From contig OZ252244.1 in assembly GCA_965249575.1 (NCBI GenBank), forward strand, positions 1,568,001 through 1,632,000: 64,000 bases of DNA. The letters are read 5' to 3'. The notes under the pieces were generated by a model. It did not search any database, was not told the DNA's origin, and saw only the letters and a program-made list of their open reading frames with translations. Made by a program: the position numbers and the translations under genes. Position 1 is the first letter of the stretch. Each line of letters starts with the position of its first letter. This document shows, piece by piece, positions 27,478 through 38,000 of the stretch. This stretch comes from Gemmatimonadales bacterium. GTDB lineage: Bacteria; Gemmatimonadota; Gemmatimonadetes; Gemmatimonadales; GWC2-71-9.

Positions 27478-28638
27478 TTAGCGCCGGCCCATCGCGGGCT
27501 TCTTCGACCCGGCCGCCGGTTCGCGTTCCTCATGTACGGGCTCCCCAATGACCCTGAGGAACTCGTTCTGATCTGGAGCGACCCGCAGGCACTCCTCGTG
27601 TGAAACTTCCCGCGTCATGTACATCGTGTACAGCGAATCGGTGAGCGTCTGCATTCCGTGTTTTTTGCCGGCCTGCATCGCCGAGTAAATCTGGTGCACT
27701 TTGTCATCGCGAATGAGCGCGCGGATCGCCGCGGTCGCAATCATGATCTCGCACGCCATGACCCGGCCCTTACCGCTCGCTTTCTGGAGCAGCGTTTGCG
27801 TTACGACGCCCTCGAGTACGAACGACAGCTGCGCCCGGATCTGCGACTGTTGGTGCGCGGGGAACACGTCGATGATCCGGTTGACGGTCTCGGCCGCCGA
27901 GTTCGTGTGCAGCGTGGCGAATGCCAAGTGGCCGGTCTCCGCGATCGTGAGAGCGGCCTGAATGGTCTCGAGGTCGCGCATCTCACCGATGAGCACCACG
28001 TCGGGGTCCTGCCTGAGGGCATATTTCAGTGCGTTCGAGAACGACTTCGTATCGGTGCCGATCTCGCGCTGGTTGACGATGCACCCCTGATGCCGGTGAA
28101 TGAATTCGATCGGGTCCTCGACGGTGATGATGTGGCCCCGGCGCTCCTTGTTGACCTTGTCCAGCATCGCCGCTAGCGTCGTCGACTTACCGGAGCCGGT
28201 CGGTCCCGTGACCAGGACGAGCCCACGCGGCCGTTCCGCCAGCTTTCCGAGCACTGCGGGAAGCCCCAGTTCCGTGAAGGTCTTGATCGAAATCGGGATC
28301 TGGCGGATCACCATCGAGACGCAGCCACGCTGCTTGAAGCAGTTGCCGCGAAAACGCGCCAAGTTCTGGATGCCGAAAGAGAAGTCCAACTCGTCTTCCG
28401 TTTCGAACCGCATCTTCTGATTCTCGGTGAGGACCGAATACGCCAGCTGCAGGGTGTCCTTCGGTGACAGTGTGTATTCACGCTTCGAGTTGGTGATGTC
28501 ACCGTCAACTCGGATCTTGGGCCGTTCGCCCGCCGAAATGTGCAGGTCCGAGGCACCGGGCTCGATCATTTCCTCTAAGAGCGAACGCAAGTTGATGCTC
28601 TCGGAGCCGGCCTGAGTGTTTGGTTGAGTCGCTGTCAT
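27478..28638 (-). CDS. pilT: Type IV pilus retraction ATPase
   Basis: ASDLH, GPTGSGKST, EDPIE, LRQDPD, GHL..TLH, AIRALIR, GMQT. Confidence 0.95.
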   Translation of the reverse strand: MTATQPNTQAGSESINLRSLLEEMIEPGASDLHISAGERPKIRVDGDITNSKREYTLSPKDTLQLAYSVLTENQKMRFETEDELDFSFGIQNLARFRGNCFKQRGCVSMVIRQIPISIKTFTELGLPAVLGKLAERPRGLVLVTGPTGSGKSTTLAAMLDKVNKERRGHIITVEDPIEFIHRHQGCIVNQREIGTDTKSFSNALKYALRQDPDVVLIGEMRDLETIQAALTIAETGHLAFATLHTNSAAETVNRIIDVFPAHQQSQIRAQLSFVLEGVVTQTLLQKASGKGRVMACEIMIATAAIRALIRDDKVHQIYSAMQAGKKHGMQTLTDSLYTMYMTREVSHEECLRVAPDQNEFLRVIGEPVHEEREPAAGSKKPAMGRR

Positions 28639-28642
28639 TTGG

Positions 28643-30346
28643 CTAGCCTGCTGTCTCCTTGACGACTTCTTCGAGGGTGGTCACACCTTTTTTGATCTTC
28701 ACCATGCCGTCCATACGCAACGTCAACATTCCTTCCTTCACCGCCTGATCCGACAGCTCGGTCGTCGAGGCCCCGCGGAGTATCTGGCGCCTGAGCTCCG
28801 GGGAGAGCGCCATGATCTCATAGAGACCGGCACGGCCCCTGTAGCCGGTGCTCCCGCAGGAATCGCACCCGGTTCCCTTGTAAAATGTGATGCCCTCGGC
28901 TTCGTCCTGCGCGAGCCCGAGCGCGTGGAGCTCTTCGGCACTGTACGTGTGCTCTCGTTTGCAGTCGGAGCATATACGGCGGATGAGCCGCTGGGCGACG
29001 ATGAGGTTCACGGCGCTGGCTACGTTGAACGGCTCGATCCCCATGTCGATCATGCGGGTGACCGTCGACGGCGCATCGTTTGTGTGGAGCGTCGACAGCA
29101 CCAGGTGCCCAGTCAGCGCGGCCTTGATCGCAATGCTCCCCGTTTCGATGTCCCGGATCTCACCCACCATGATGATGTTGGGATCCTGACGCAGAAACGC
29201 CTTGAGCGCCGCAGCGAACGACATACCGATCTCGTTGCGGACGAGCACTTGGTTGATCCCGTGAATGTTGTACTCGACCGGGTCCTCGGCGGTCATGATG
29301 TTGACGTCGATCTGGTTCACCTGGGACAGCGCCGAGTACAGCGTCGTCGTCTTACCCGACCCCGTCGGCCCGGTGACCAACACCATCCCGTACGGATTCA
29401 GGATGGCGCGCATCAGATCCTCTTCGGCCTTGGGCTCGAACCCGAACTTCTTCAGGTCGAGGGTCAGGTTCGACTTGTCGAGAATTCGGAGGACGATTTT
29501 CTCGCCGAAGATGACCGGGAGGGTCGACACCCGGAAATCGATGACCCGCTTGCCCATCTTCAGCTTGATGCGGCCGTCCTGCGGCACCCGGCGCTCCGCA
29601 ATGTTCAGGGAGGACATGATCTTGACGCGGCTCGTCAGCGCCGCCTTGAGCTTCACGGGCGGCTTCATGATCTCCATCAATGCGCCGTCGATGCGATAGC
29701 GCACGCGGATCTCGTACTCGAACGGCTCGATATGGATGTCGCTCGCGCCCCGCTTGACCGCATCGGTCAGCACCCCGTTGATCAACTTCACGACCGGCGC
29801 GTCGTCCGCGATCTGAACCGGGCCCGTGTCTTCTTCTTCCTCCTCGATGACCTCGAGATCCTCGTCCTCCATGTCTTTGAGGAGGGTCTGGAGTTGGGCA
29901 TCGGTCTGTTCGTAGTGGCGCTCGATGGCCGTGCGAAGCGTGTACTCCCCCGCGATGACGGGGAAGATGTCGTATCGGGTGATGAATTTGAGGTCGTCAA
30001 CGACACCGAGGTTGGTGGGATCGGCCATCGCGACGGTGAGCGTCCGGCCCTCCCGCTTCAGCGGCAGCACCGTGCTCTTCACCGCGACCTCGGCAGGGAT
30101 CAACTTGACGATTTTCGGATCGACCTCGAATCGGGACAAGTCGACCGCTGGCATTCGGTATTGCCGCGCCAGCATCTTGGTGATCTCGGTTTCCTGCACG
30201 AATCCGGACTTGACCAGCGTGTAGCCCAGGCGCATCCCACTCGTGCGCTGCTCCGCCAGCGCTTTTTCGAGCTGATCCTTGGTGATAAGGCCTTCGCGAA
30301 TGAGGAGATCGCCGAGCCGTTCGGTACTGGCCGCAGCTGTCGCCAT
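28643..30346 (-). CDS. pilB: Type IV pilus extension ATPase
   Basis: MshEN-like RLGDLL..GLIT, ASDIHIEP, GPTGSGKTTT, tetra-Cys Zn motif. Confidence 0.95.
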   Translation of the reverse strand: MATAAASTERLGDLLIREGLITKDQLEKALAEQRTSGMRLGYTLVKSGFVQETEITKMLARQYRMPAVDLSRFEVDPKIVKLIPAEVAVKSTVLPLKREGRTLTVAMADPTNLGVVDDLKFITRYDIFPVIAGEYTLRTAIERHYEQTDAQLQTLLKDMEDEDLEVIEEEEEDTGPVQIADDAPVVKLINGVLTDAVKRGASDIHIEPFEYEIRVRYRIDGALMEIMKPPVKLKAALTSRVKIMSSLNIAERRVPQDGRIKLKMGKRVIDFRVSTLPVIFGEKIVLRILDKSNLTLDLKKFGFEPKAEEDLMRAILNPYGMVLVTGPTGSGKTTTLYSALSQVNQIDVNIMTAEDPVEYNIHGINQVLVRNEIGMSFAAALKAFLRQDPNIIMVGEIRDIETGSIAIKAALTGHLVLSTLHTNDAPSTVTRMIDMGIEPFNVASAVNLIVAQRLIRRICSDCKREHTYSAEELHALGLAQDEAEGITFYKGTGCDSCGSTGYRGRAGLYEIMALSPELRRQILRGASTTELSDQAVKEGMLTLRMDGMVKIKKGVTTLEEVVKETAG

Positions 30347-30401
30347 AGCCGCCTTGAAAGGGGTGTTAAAACACTTTCAAATCGTTACCACCCAAGCTGA
30401 T

Positions 30402-30429
30402 ACGCTAGGGGGAGCCTAGATACTGTCAA
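30402..30429 (-). promoter_or_regulatory. sigma70-type promoter candidate for pilBTC
   Basis: TTGACA-16 bp-TAGCGT, overlapping the comEA stop. Confidence 0.5.
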
Positions 30430-31046
30430 GGGACTCGGACCAGTCCTTCGAGCCTACTCACCGTCACTTTACCGATTCCGCGCACCCTCGTGAGATCGTC
30501 GAGCGACACAAACGGCCCGTGGCGTTTCCGGTCGCTCATGGCCTTCGCCTTGACCAGCCCAATCCCGGGAAGCCGCGCGAGCTCCTCCGGCGACGCCGTG
30601 TTGAGTGTCACGGGCCCGCCCGGGGCCAGTCCTACGGCCTTACCCCCACGGCCGGAAAAGGTGGCGTGAGGCCGGATGGTTGCGACGGCCGTAGGGCCAA
30701 TCCCGCGCACTCGCGAGAGGCCTGCTAGCGACCCGAACGCGCCATTCGTCTCGCGCTCGGTGACGATTCGAGCGGCCAAGGCGGGGCCGATTCGGGGTAG
30801 CCGGTTGAGCTCGGTGGCCGTCGCCCGGTCGAGATCGATCTTCTCGCCACGTCTCAGGGGACGCGTCAACTGCAATGCACGCGCCACAACGGAGTCGCGC
30901 ACAGGACCCGTTGAGGTGCCCGCCCTGTACCCCACCGAGCCCGGCGCCCCCGAATCTGTCACGACGAGTTTCACGCCCAGCCCCGCGGCCGCCAGCAGCA
31001 ACAGGACGAGAGTCGCCCGGCGATCGTCTGCGGTGCTCATCATCAA
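30426..31046 (-). CDS. comEA: ComEA-like DNA-binding protein with two HhH modules
   Basis: N-terminal TM; IDLDRAT..EL..LPRIGP and LNTAS.EEL..LPGIG, each followed by VRGIG. Confidence 0.85.
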   Translation of the reverse strand: MMMSTADDRRATLVLLLLAAAGLGVKLVVTDSGAPGSVGYRAGTSTGPVRDSVVARALQLTRPLRRGEKIDLDRATATELNRLPRIGPALAARIVTERETNGAFGSLAGLSRVRGIGPTAVATIRPHATFSGRGGKAVGLAPGGPVTLNTASPEELARLPGIGLVKAKAMSDRKRHGPFVSLDDLTRVRGIGKVTVSRLEGLVRVP

Positions 31047-31199
31047 TGATCGGCCGATGTGCCCAGCCTCTACAATCGCCCGACTGCACCGATGGACTAG
31101 TTACTGCATTGCCGCACGGGTCTTGCCGTCCGCCACGGCGATGGGGAAGGATTTGCCGGTCAGATCGGGAGATCCGGATACCCGAGCCGCCGATACCTC

Positions 31200-32090
31200 T
31201 TACCTCACGAGAGCAACGGCGATGTCTCCAACGATCTGCAGGCTTTCAGCGGACACCTTATCGATGGTGTCGTCCGCCGTATGCCACGGAGGATAGTCGA
31301 AATCGATCACGTCGATCGCGCGGATGCCCGCTTCCAACAACGGAATGTGATCGTCGGTGATCGCATACCCCACCGTCGGGCGAAAGGTTTTGCCGTATCC
31401 AAGCTCGTCGGCCTTCAGCCACACCCGTTCGACGACTTCGGGCGCGTTGGTAACCGAGTTGCCTTCCTGAAAAATGCGCAGATCGGCGTCCGCCACCATG
31501 TCGAACACGATCGCGAACAGCGGTCGCACCTCCTCACTCAGGTTGGCGGCGTAGTATCGGGACCCGATGAGCACGTCCGTGTTCGTCGGGAAGTCACCGT
31601 AGTCTTCAGCGTCGACGAATAGCAGATCGACGCCGAACGCGGGGGGATTCTTTTGGAGCGCGTCTGCCGTTCCCAAGAGGAGCGCCACGCCGGATGCACC
31701 GTCGTTGGCGCCCGGAACGGGCTTCATCTGATCGCCGAGATTCGCACTCAGGTCGGCTTTCGGCCGAGTATCCCAGTGTGCCACGAATAAGACGCGCTCA
31801 ACCATCTCCGGCCGGAACCGGCCGATGAAGTTGCGCAGCTCGAGGGTATCGCCTGCTGCCGTCACGTGAGTGAACGCCTGAACCTCGACGGAGTCGGCGC
31901 GGCCGTGCAGCAGCTCGAGAATCCAATCGCCAGTGCGCCGATGGCCCTCGGTGTTTGGCACCCGTGGCCCGAACGCAAGCTGCTGCTCGATGTACCGGAA
32001 TGCCGCCGCGCCATCGAACTCGCGTGGCCTGTCCCGGACAGCGGCGCAGGCCAACCCGCCCGCGAGCAACGAGTAGAGAACCCCCCTCAT
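31200..32090 (-). CDS. M28-family lipoprotein resembling animal-type glutaminyl cyclases
   Basis: Lipobox GLA|C; FGPRVPN, AHWDTRP, GANDGASGV, DAEDYG, DDH, WHT..D; ATGA overlap with the sprA-like gene. Confidence 0.8.
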   Translation of the reverse strand: MRGVLYSLLAGGLACAAVRDRPREFDGAAAFRYIEQQLAFGPRVPNTEGHRRTGDWILELLHGRADSVEVQAFTHVTAAGDTLELRNFIGRFRPEMVERVLFVAHWDTRPKADLSANLGDQMKPVPGANDGASGVALLLGTADALQKNPPAFGVDLLFVDAEDYGDFPTNTDVLIGSRYYAANLSEEVRPLFAIVFDMVADADLRIFQEGNSVTNAPEVVERVWLKADELGYGKTFRPTVGYAITDDHIPLLEAGIRAIDVIDFDYPPWHTADDTIDKVSAESLQIVGDIAVALVR

Positions 32091-35000
32091 CGAATCGGAC
32101 CCGCCAAGAAATTGATCTCCGCGAAAATGGTGAAGATGATCTGGGAGAGCCTCGTCGAGGTGTGGCGCTGTTCGGTTAGAACATAACTGAAACTGGTCCC
32201 CGCGGTGACGGTGGGCGACAGCCCAGTATCGAGGCGAGCATCGAATTGCCGGCGCCGGGCCTCCGAGACGGGCGAGCAATCGGCGGTCCCGGCCCGAACC
32301 AAGCAGACCAACACGTCGGCAGAGCTGAAGGACAGGGCGCTCCGGACCGCGTTTGGGAGACGGGCGAACGACTCTGGGATCCGCAACGGAAAGCTGAGAT
32401 TCACCGTCCAGTCCTCACGATCCGTCCGCGTCACGTTGCCCGACGTCACGGCCTCTCGCTTCCCGCGCACGTACTGGCCGGCGGTCACCACGCCCCCGAG
32501 CCAGGCAATCGTCACGGATGGGGCGACGGTCGAGGACCGGTTCTCCGTAGTCACCTCCGCGCCGGCCCGGTTGGGGCCCGATCCCGCGCCGTTTACCGGA
32601 AGATTGGAGCGCTGCACGTTCGACGCCTCGACGCGCCGGTATTGCGCTTGCGCCGTGATGCTGGACAGCAGTTTTCGCAGTCCCCAGCGAGGCGTGTACA
32701 GCCACGAAACCGACCCCGACGGCCACTCCCGGCTCATCTGGCTGGTTTGCGTCAGTGATTCGCCCCGCCGCGACCACGTGTTGGCGTCGAGGTTGGCATA
32801 GTTGGCGCGCACACGAAAGCCCAGCGGGATCTGTAAGCCGCCACCGATGTTGCGCGTGTTGGTTTCGACCGCCGTGGTGGACAGAATGCCGTCGGGCCGC
32901 TGGAAGTCCTCCAGGTCACCGAGACCCAAGTGATAGGTGAGGCTGGGAGAGAACGGGGCCCGATCGAGCCCGGACCGGCGCTCGCGAACGAACGAGAAGT
33001 CGGCCGGCAACAGACTGCCGAACACCGCCGCGACGCCGGATGCCCTCCCGGTCAGTCCTCGCGCGAGGCGGCCGAGATCGACGGTCCAACCGAGCTCCCT
33101 CCGGCGGGAGTTTGCGAGGGCATCCGGAACGCGAAAGGATCCCGCGCTGTCCCCGTTCACGCGCACCGGGCTCGTGGCGTTCGGATCGCGCGCGAGGGAA
33201 AACGTGCTCCCGAAGAAAAAGCGCGGCGCGATCCAGCCTCCGATCACCGGCGCGATATTGACGGCGGTCTGGAGCCGCCGCGCGCGCTCAAAACCGACAT
33301 CGCGGCCGAGAAGGCTCTGACGTTCGCGCCGCAAGAGGCGTCCGACCGCCGTCGAATCGCCGTAACGCTGCAGATCTCTGACCGTCGAATAGTCGGCCCG
33401 CGCCACGAGTGTATTGAAAGGCCGGAACTCGACCCCGGCGCTCGTGCGCCATGTGTGGACGACGCTCGTCAGCGGCTTCAACACGCTGTCTCCGGGAACC
33501 TCAACCGGGACCCTAAACGTGAATCGGTCGGTCACGTTGTTGGTGAGAGTGGATGAGAAACGAAATTGGTACGGGTTCCACCGGATGCGGGAGGTCCCAA
33601 GGGCCCTTCCGAAATCACTATCCCGAATCCACCGCGGGAGGCTGTTGACGAAGTTGACGAGGAACTGCGGGACCGCACGGAACGAGCGCGAGCCGGCGAG
33701 ATTCGAGTATGAGACATCGAGCTGGCGGTTGGTGGTCCCTGAGGTCGTGAGCTCGGTAGCGGCCTGCCCGGACTGACGCCGAGCGGTGACACTCAGCGGA
33801 TCCAGCAGCATGCGCTCGAGTAGTGTACCGCCTCTCTTCGTGCGACGAATCGAGAGCTCCACGGCCGTCGTCGACCCTTCGGGTTTCCGGAGCCCGCTCA
33901 CCGCGTCTCCGCGAACGTCTCCTCGGCTAATGAACAACGGATCGATCGACGATCGCGTGTGTTGAACGCTCAGGGGTGCGCTCAACCCCCAGGTTTCCGG
34001 CATCAGTTTGTCCAACCGGACGGTCGAACGCACGCTCGTCGCAGCGTCCGTCGTGAACGTGGGGTTCTCACCGAAACGCCGGAAGCGATCGCTCTTCTGC
34101 AAGTGCGTCACCGTCACGTCGGCAAAATCGGCCACCGACAGTCTGATATCTATCGCACCCGCAATCCCGGCGTCGGCCACGACGTCCGTCAGGCGGATAT
34201 CATCGACCCACAGCTCGGCCTGGGATATCGCGACGGTCCCGCGGGAACGGAACATACCGACGGCGACTTCCGACACCCGCGCCAGATTGGGCGGTGCGGT
34301 CCCCGGATCCCGCACGTGCACGATGTAAGGCCCGTCGCACGCAACGTACGCCGTGGAGTCGCCTCCGCATACGCTCGCGCCGGACGGCGGATCGCCGCGA
34401 AGCCACGCGGTCTCGATCTCGGCCCGTAGCTCGAGCCATCGTTCCAAATCGACCGCAACCTCCGGTTCCCAACTCGTGCTGCGAGCCGCCGTCCGGTACA
34501 TGTAGAAGTTGAACGCGTCACGCCCGACTTTGACATAGAACTCGAGGTCCCGTTCCTCCCACCCGACTCCCCTCCCGCGCGCCCACACCCGGAGCCGGCC
34601 GTACCTGAGAAAATTCTTGTCCGCCTCATCGACGAAACGAGTGAAAGCCTCAGCCCGCTCGCCGACGCGGAGGTCGCTGGCAAGAAGCCTGAGCGAACGC
34701 TCGTTGATCTCGGCCGACGCCAGGTCGAACTCGGCTCCCTTTCGATCGGCCTCGTTTACGATTCCGGGCGGCGGGGTATAGCCAAGGTCGTTGTTGCCGG
34801 TCGATACAATCGAGGCGACGACTTCCCCGTGCGCCTCTCCCTGAATCCCACTGATGTCCGCAATGGGTGTCGGGGAGCGCTTGAGCCACGGAGCGCCAAG
34901 GAGCCGCAGGCGCGCCAGCGCGAAGGACACGGCCTCCTCGCGCGGTCCCTGATCGGGAGCGGCAACGGTAATGCGCAGCGCGCGCACCTGTCGGAGGTTG

Positions 35001-38000
35001 GGGGTACCGATCTGGATGGTGTCCGTGCGGAACGGAATGCGATACAGACGCCACGTGAGCAGGGCACCGCTCGAGTCGGGGAAGCTTACGCCATTCCGAA
35101 CAAAAGTGCGGTCGTCACCGACGGGGAAGACGTACCGAACGGCGTCCTCGGCGTTCGTTCCGACGTCCCGGTCCAAACGGTTGTCGCCATTCAAGTCCTC
35201 CGTGTCGGCGAGGGCGTTCCGCCTAGTGCAGTTCGCGGAGAGGTCGCCCAGCGGGAAGGTTGGCAGGAGTCCCGAGCTGCGGAGCTGGCAGGTCGCGATG
35301 CCTTGGACAAACCGTCCGGTTGTGCCGTCCACAATCGAGTCCAAGAGGTCGCCGTGAATCCCCACATCGTTGACCGCGGCGTTGAATACGTTGGACAAGG
35401 AGTCCTTTTCGGAATCCAGCCGCCCCGCTCCGACGAGGGACTGCCCAGAGAACACGGTGTCAGCCCCTTGGACGCGAAGCGTGTCCGGCGCCAGCGCAAC
35501 GGCATCCTCGAACAGGGTCCCAAAGTCGAGTATCAAGGTGACACCCATGCGCCGCGCCGATCGGTTCGCGTCTTCGAGAACCCAGAATTCGATGAACTCC
35601 GAGCGGGAGAGGTCCACTCCGAGTCCTGATCGATCGAGGGGCTGAGTGATGCTGCGCCATCGAGGGCCGGGAGTGTGGGGTCGGATCCACCGCGGCCGCC
35701 CGCTCGTGGGATGTGGAACACCGCCGACCGTGTCGGGCTTGAGGGTCATCCAGAGAGTGGTTTCGATACGGCGGCTCGCGCCGGTCAGGACAATGGTCGA
35801 GTCGATTTGCTGAGGCTGAAACTCCAGCACCCCGGCGCTCGTCTGCACGGAATTCTGCCACACGAGCGCCGCCGCGTCACCGGGAGCGAACCCGCCGGTT
35901 CCGCTCAAGTGCGTGAGGGGCAGGCCGCGCCCCGAGGAGGGGCCGCTCCCCAGCTGAAAGGCGTTCTGGATCAGCGGAATCGTGCGACCCGACTCGCCTT
36001 CGAACTCCTCGATGTATGCTTGGCCCGCCTGATTCGGGTTGGGGCGGGATATCGCGATTTCTCCGTTTACCGAGAGCTGAGAGGGAACGGACGTAGATAT
36101 CAACGGCAGCGCATCGAGGGCCCTCGTGAGCCACGTAGGGCGAAACACCAGGTCGGTAGTGATCCCCGCCATGAGGTTGGATTGCGGCTCGAAACCGAGC
36201 GGAGGCCTCGTGAACACCGACTGCTCGCGCTGCAGTAGAGCGACGCCGCTGATTCGCTGGTCCGGCCCCAGCGTGTAGGTCGCCGACAGTCCCAACGTAC
36301 TCTTCGGAGCGATGTCGAACAGCTGGTTTTCTTCGAACTCAGCCCGAATCTGTGACGGACCGGTAAACAGGTCTCCGGGGTTCAGGAACGTGACCTGTCC
36401 CAGATCATACGAGATGTCGTAGTCGCGCCCACGCACCAGTTCGCGATTGCCCAGAAAGAGCCTCTCACTCCCATCCCGAATCTGAATCGCGCCGAGGTTG
36501 AGCGCCGTGCGGTCGCCGGCGCCCGAGGCCTCATACCGCAGATGCAATCGAAACCGGGGAGGGGGGCCCTGGGATCTCAGCAAGAACGTCGGGGTGCGGT
36601 ACAGCGAGTCGATTCGCTCCGCTGGGAGCAGCACGGCCCCATCGTCGAACGGCCTCAAGTGAGGGAATACGACGAAGAGGTCTCTAACCGGGGCCCCGCC
36701 ATTGGGATCTCTCTCGCGTGGGAACACCCGGTTGAACTCGTTCAACGTCGATGGATCGGTCGATAGCGCCAGTCCCAACCGCGATAGGTATGTACCGCCA
36801 CCCCTCAGCGGCCGCTCCGATTCGTTGAGGAGCACCGTCAGCTTCACCGAACTTCGGGAGACGTCGCGGCCACCGATGCGGTAGACGTTCCGCAACTCGT
36901 ACTCGAATGTCGGGACCTCGGGTCCCCGTCGGGGCTCGTACACCAGCTCGAGTGTGTCGCCGGAGCCGTTGATCGCCGGGAAGGTCCCGACCGTATCGCC
37001 CGCCGCGGTGATGTACGAGACCGCCAGAAAGTCATTGTTACCGACCCTGGTCGCGAGGGCAAACCATGTAGCCGAAGGGTCGAGGTAGTAGTCACGGCTC
37101 TCGACCAGCAGCTCCCAGGAAAAGGGGCCGACGCGCTGAGGGCTGTCGCGTCTGACGGCGACCGCATCGATTCCGCCGAGATTGGGGTTGGATCCTGCGG
37201 GCCCGAACTGGGCGCGTAGCCGGTAGACACGCACCTCTGCAGGGCGGGATGAGGGTGGAAGTGCCTCGACGCCAAGATTCAGGATGTCGATCCCGGGATA
37301 TCCCGGCAGCCCACGGGGATCCACCGTGAAAAAGAAACGTCCGGTCTCGAAGTCGAGGTCGCGGAGCTCACGGTCGATGGACTGGGTGGTCTGGTCGCCA
37401 ACCGTAAACACTCTCGATCGGAGCGAGGATCCCTTTTGCTGGGCAACGATGGTACCCAGCTCCACGGCGCCCACCTGGGCCTCGACCTGTACGCCGAACG
37501 AGTTCGCCGGGATGGCTGACGTGATGAAGCGCGATGATGGCGCTCGAAAGGTGACGTTTCCCAATTCGACGCGCTGCAGGATCTCATCTTCGAGACCCTG
37601 GTAGAAAACGTTAACGTTATTGTTGGCATTGAACTCACGTTCGCTGTCGAAGTCCACGTTCACATGAAGCCGCTGGCTCAGCACCCCGCCGGCACGCAGC
37701 GCGATCTGCTGGTCAAACTCCGGCGTCGGAACCCCCCCGCGACAGCTCGAGAGGGGATCGGAGAGATCGAAAGCGGTACAACGCTCGTTTCTCAGACGAT
37801 CGAACTTCACTTCGAATCGCGCCCGCAGGTCGACACCGAGATCTGCGGCCTCCCCCAGCGCCCGCAGGGGAGCGGGGGGCCGCGGGCCCGGCCCGTCGGC
37901 GATCGTGTCGGTTGGGGCGCCTGCGAGTGCGACTAACCCTGGGTCGGGGAGCCGGGCTCGCCGCCGCGCGGCCCGCGCAATGGCCACCTGAGCCAGGGTT

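Noticed and set aside
28925..30400. 491-aa plus-strand ORF
   Set aside because: Antisense shadow of pilB produced by high-GC codon bias; no motifs
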